A stretch of DNA of 61,738 nt, the filler included. It is 3 parts of 3 records of this genome, joined end to end, with 100 filler letters (N's around TTAATTAATTAA, not from the genome) between each part and the next. Parts side by side here need not be neighbours in the genome. Positions count along the whole stretch, not along the records: positions 40,736 to 61,738 come from SRR20825006_2945; 2 more parts are not named here. One strand, written 5' to 3'. The first letter of the stretch is position 1. Every line of letters starts with the position of its first letter. This document shows, piece by piece, positions 60,751-61,738 of this stretch. The notes beneath the pieces were generated by a model that saw nothing but the letters and a program-made list of their open reading frames with translations, did no database searches and was not told the origin of the DNA. The position numbers and the translations under genes are program-made.

Positions 60751-61738
60751 TTACTTCTCACCAATGTAAGTGTTGAGTTCATCGGGCAGGTTTGCTGCCC
60801 ATTGTGTGATGTTGCCTGCCCCCAGACACACCACATAATCATCTGGCTTCACGCGCTCAGAAAGCACTTTTGCCAAATGTTCGGGCCCTTCCAAAATGCG
60901 GGCATCACGATGGCCTTTCGCCCGCATACGCTCAACAAGCGTTTCATTGGAAACCCCTTCACGCGGCTGCTCACCCGCTGCAAAGACCGGCGCGACAAGC
61001 ACTGTGTTTGCATCGTTAAAACAACCCGCAAATTCTTCAAACAAATCATCTAACCGTGAATAGCGGTGCGGCTGCATCACCGCGATCACATCGCCCTTGG
61101 CGGCGCTGCGCGCAGCGGTCAACACAGAAGAAATTTCCACCGGGTGGTGGGCATAATCATCAATGATCCGCACATCATTCACCACGCCTGTGGTGGTGAA
61201 CCGACGCTTCACGCCGGAAAAACCCATCAGGCCCTTGCGAATATCTTCGGGCGACACGCCCAACCGATTGGCCACTGCAATGGCAGCCGTTGCGTTCAAC
61301 GCATTGTAGATGCCCGGCATTGGCAGCTCCAGCCCATCAATCTGGGTTTCGCCACCTTGAATGCGGTGACGGATCACCACATCAAAAACATTGTGTCCAT
61401 TTTCCACACGCACATTTTTCAGCAACACGTCAGATTGTGGGTTTTGCCCATAAGTGATCACACGACGGTCTGTAATCTCACCCACCAGCGCCTGCACCAC
61501 TGGGTGGTCCAAACACATCACCGCGAAACCATAAAACGGCACATTTTCCACAAAATGGATGAATGCTTTTTTCACTTCTTCAAACGAGCCATAATGATCC
61601 AGATGTTCGGGGTCCACATTGGTCACCACCGCCACATCCGCTGGCAATTTTACAAAGGTGCCGTCACTTTCATCAGCCTCAACCACCATCCATTCGCCAT
61701 CGCCCAAACGCGCATTGGTGCCATAGGCATTGATGATC
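60751..61738 (-). CDS. murC: UDP-N-acetylmuramate--L-alanine ligase (5'-truncated)
   Basis: [41 protein letters not shown]; open to the window edge. Confidence 0.96.
   Translation of the reverse strand, partial: IINAYGTNARLGDGEWMVVEADESDGTFVKLPADVAVVTNVDPEHLDHYGSFEEVKKAFIHFVENVPFYGFAVMCLDHPVVQALVGEITDRRVITYGQNPQSDVLLKNVRVENGHNVFDVVIRHRIQGGETQIDGLELPMPGIYNALNATAAIAVANRLGVSPEDIRKGLMGFSGVKRRFTTTGVVNDVRIIDDYAHHPVEISSVLTAARSAAKGDVIAVMQPHRYSRLDDLFEEFAGCFNDANTVLVAPVFAAGEQPREGVSNETLVERMRAKGHRDARILEGPEHLAKVLSERVKPDDYVVCLGAGNITQWAANLPDELNTYIGEK

Overview
The window is not one locus. Three unrelated contigs are joined by identical 100-nt spacers (N44-TTAATTAATTAA-N44) at 21510-21609 and 40636-40735. 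Contig A (1-21509, alphaproteobacterial-like) carries a FadR/GntR-regulated cluster for uptake and kinase-free catabolism of an unknown sugar or sugar acid. That cluster encodes ABC components, a RhaM-like mutarotase, a TIM-barrel isomerase, a divergent fucose/arabinose-isomerase-like protein, two SDRs, a Gfo/Idh/MocA oxidoreductase, an acetoacetate-decarboxylase-family protein, an enolase-superfamily enzyme and a Cys-motif protein of unknown function. It is followed by a 7.5-kb block of five predicted secreted genes, four with cell-wall domains (SH3b; M15 peptidase; YARHG-like plus PG-binding in a 1442-aa protein; PG-binding), plus a small 4-Cys protein. This block is bracketed by an exact 18-bp direct repeat and contains a perfect CtrA-type box; it is the best candidate for an undescribed system. 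Contig B (21610-40635, AT-rich, Flavobacteriaceae-like) has a sigma-70 3' end, PBP1A, MscS, DUF72, an orphan SusC/SusD pair, SSADH, and cysE-cysM-sulfurtransferase converging on doxDA-dsrE. Contig C (40736-61738, Hyphomicrobiales-like) has uvrD, prmA, two related small ORFs under a LysR-type palindrome, aminopeptidase P, chrA, azlCD/AraC, an ATL-like gene and the murC-murB-ddl-ftsQAZ-lpxC-bamD-recN-ligA cluster. No rRNA, tRNA, CRISPR array, integrase or transposase was recognised. All family calls come from motif recognition by eye, not from database searches.
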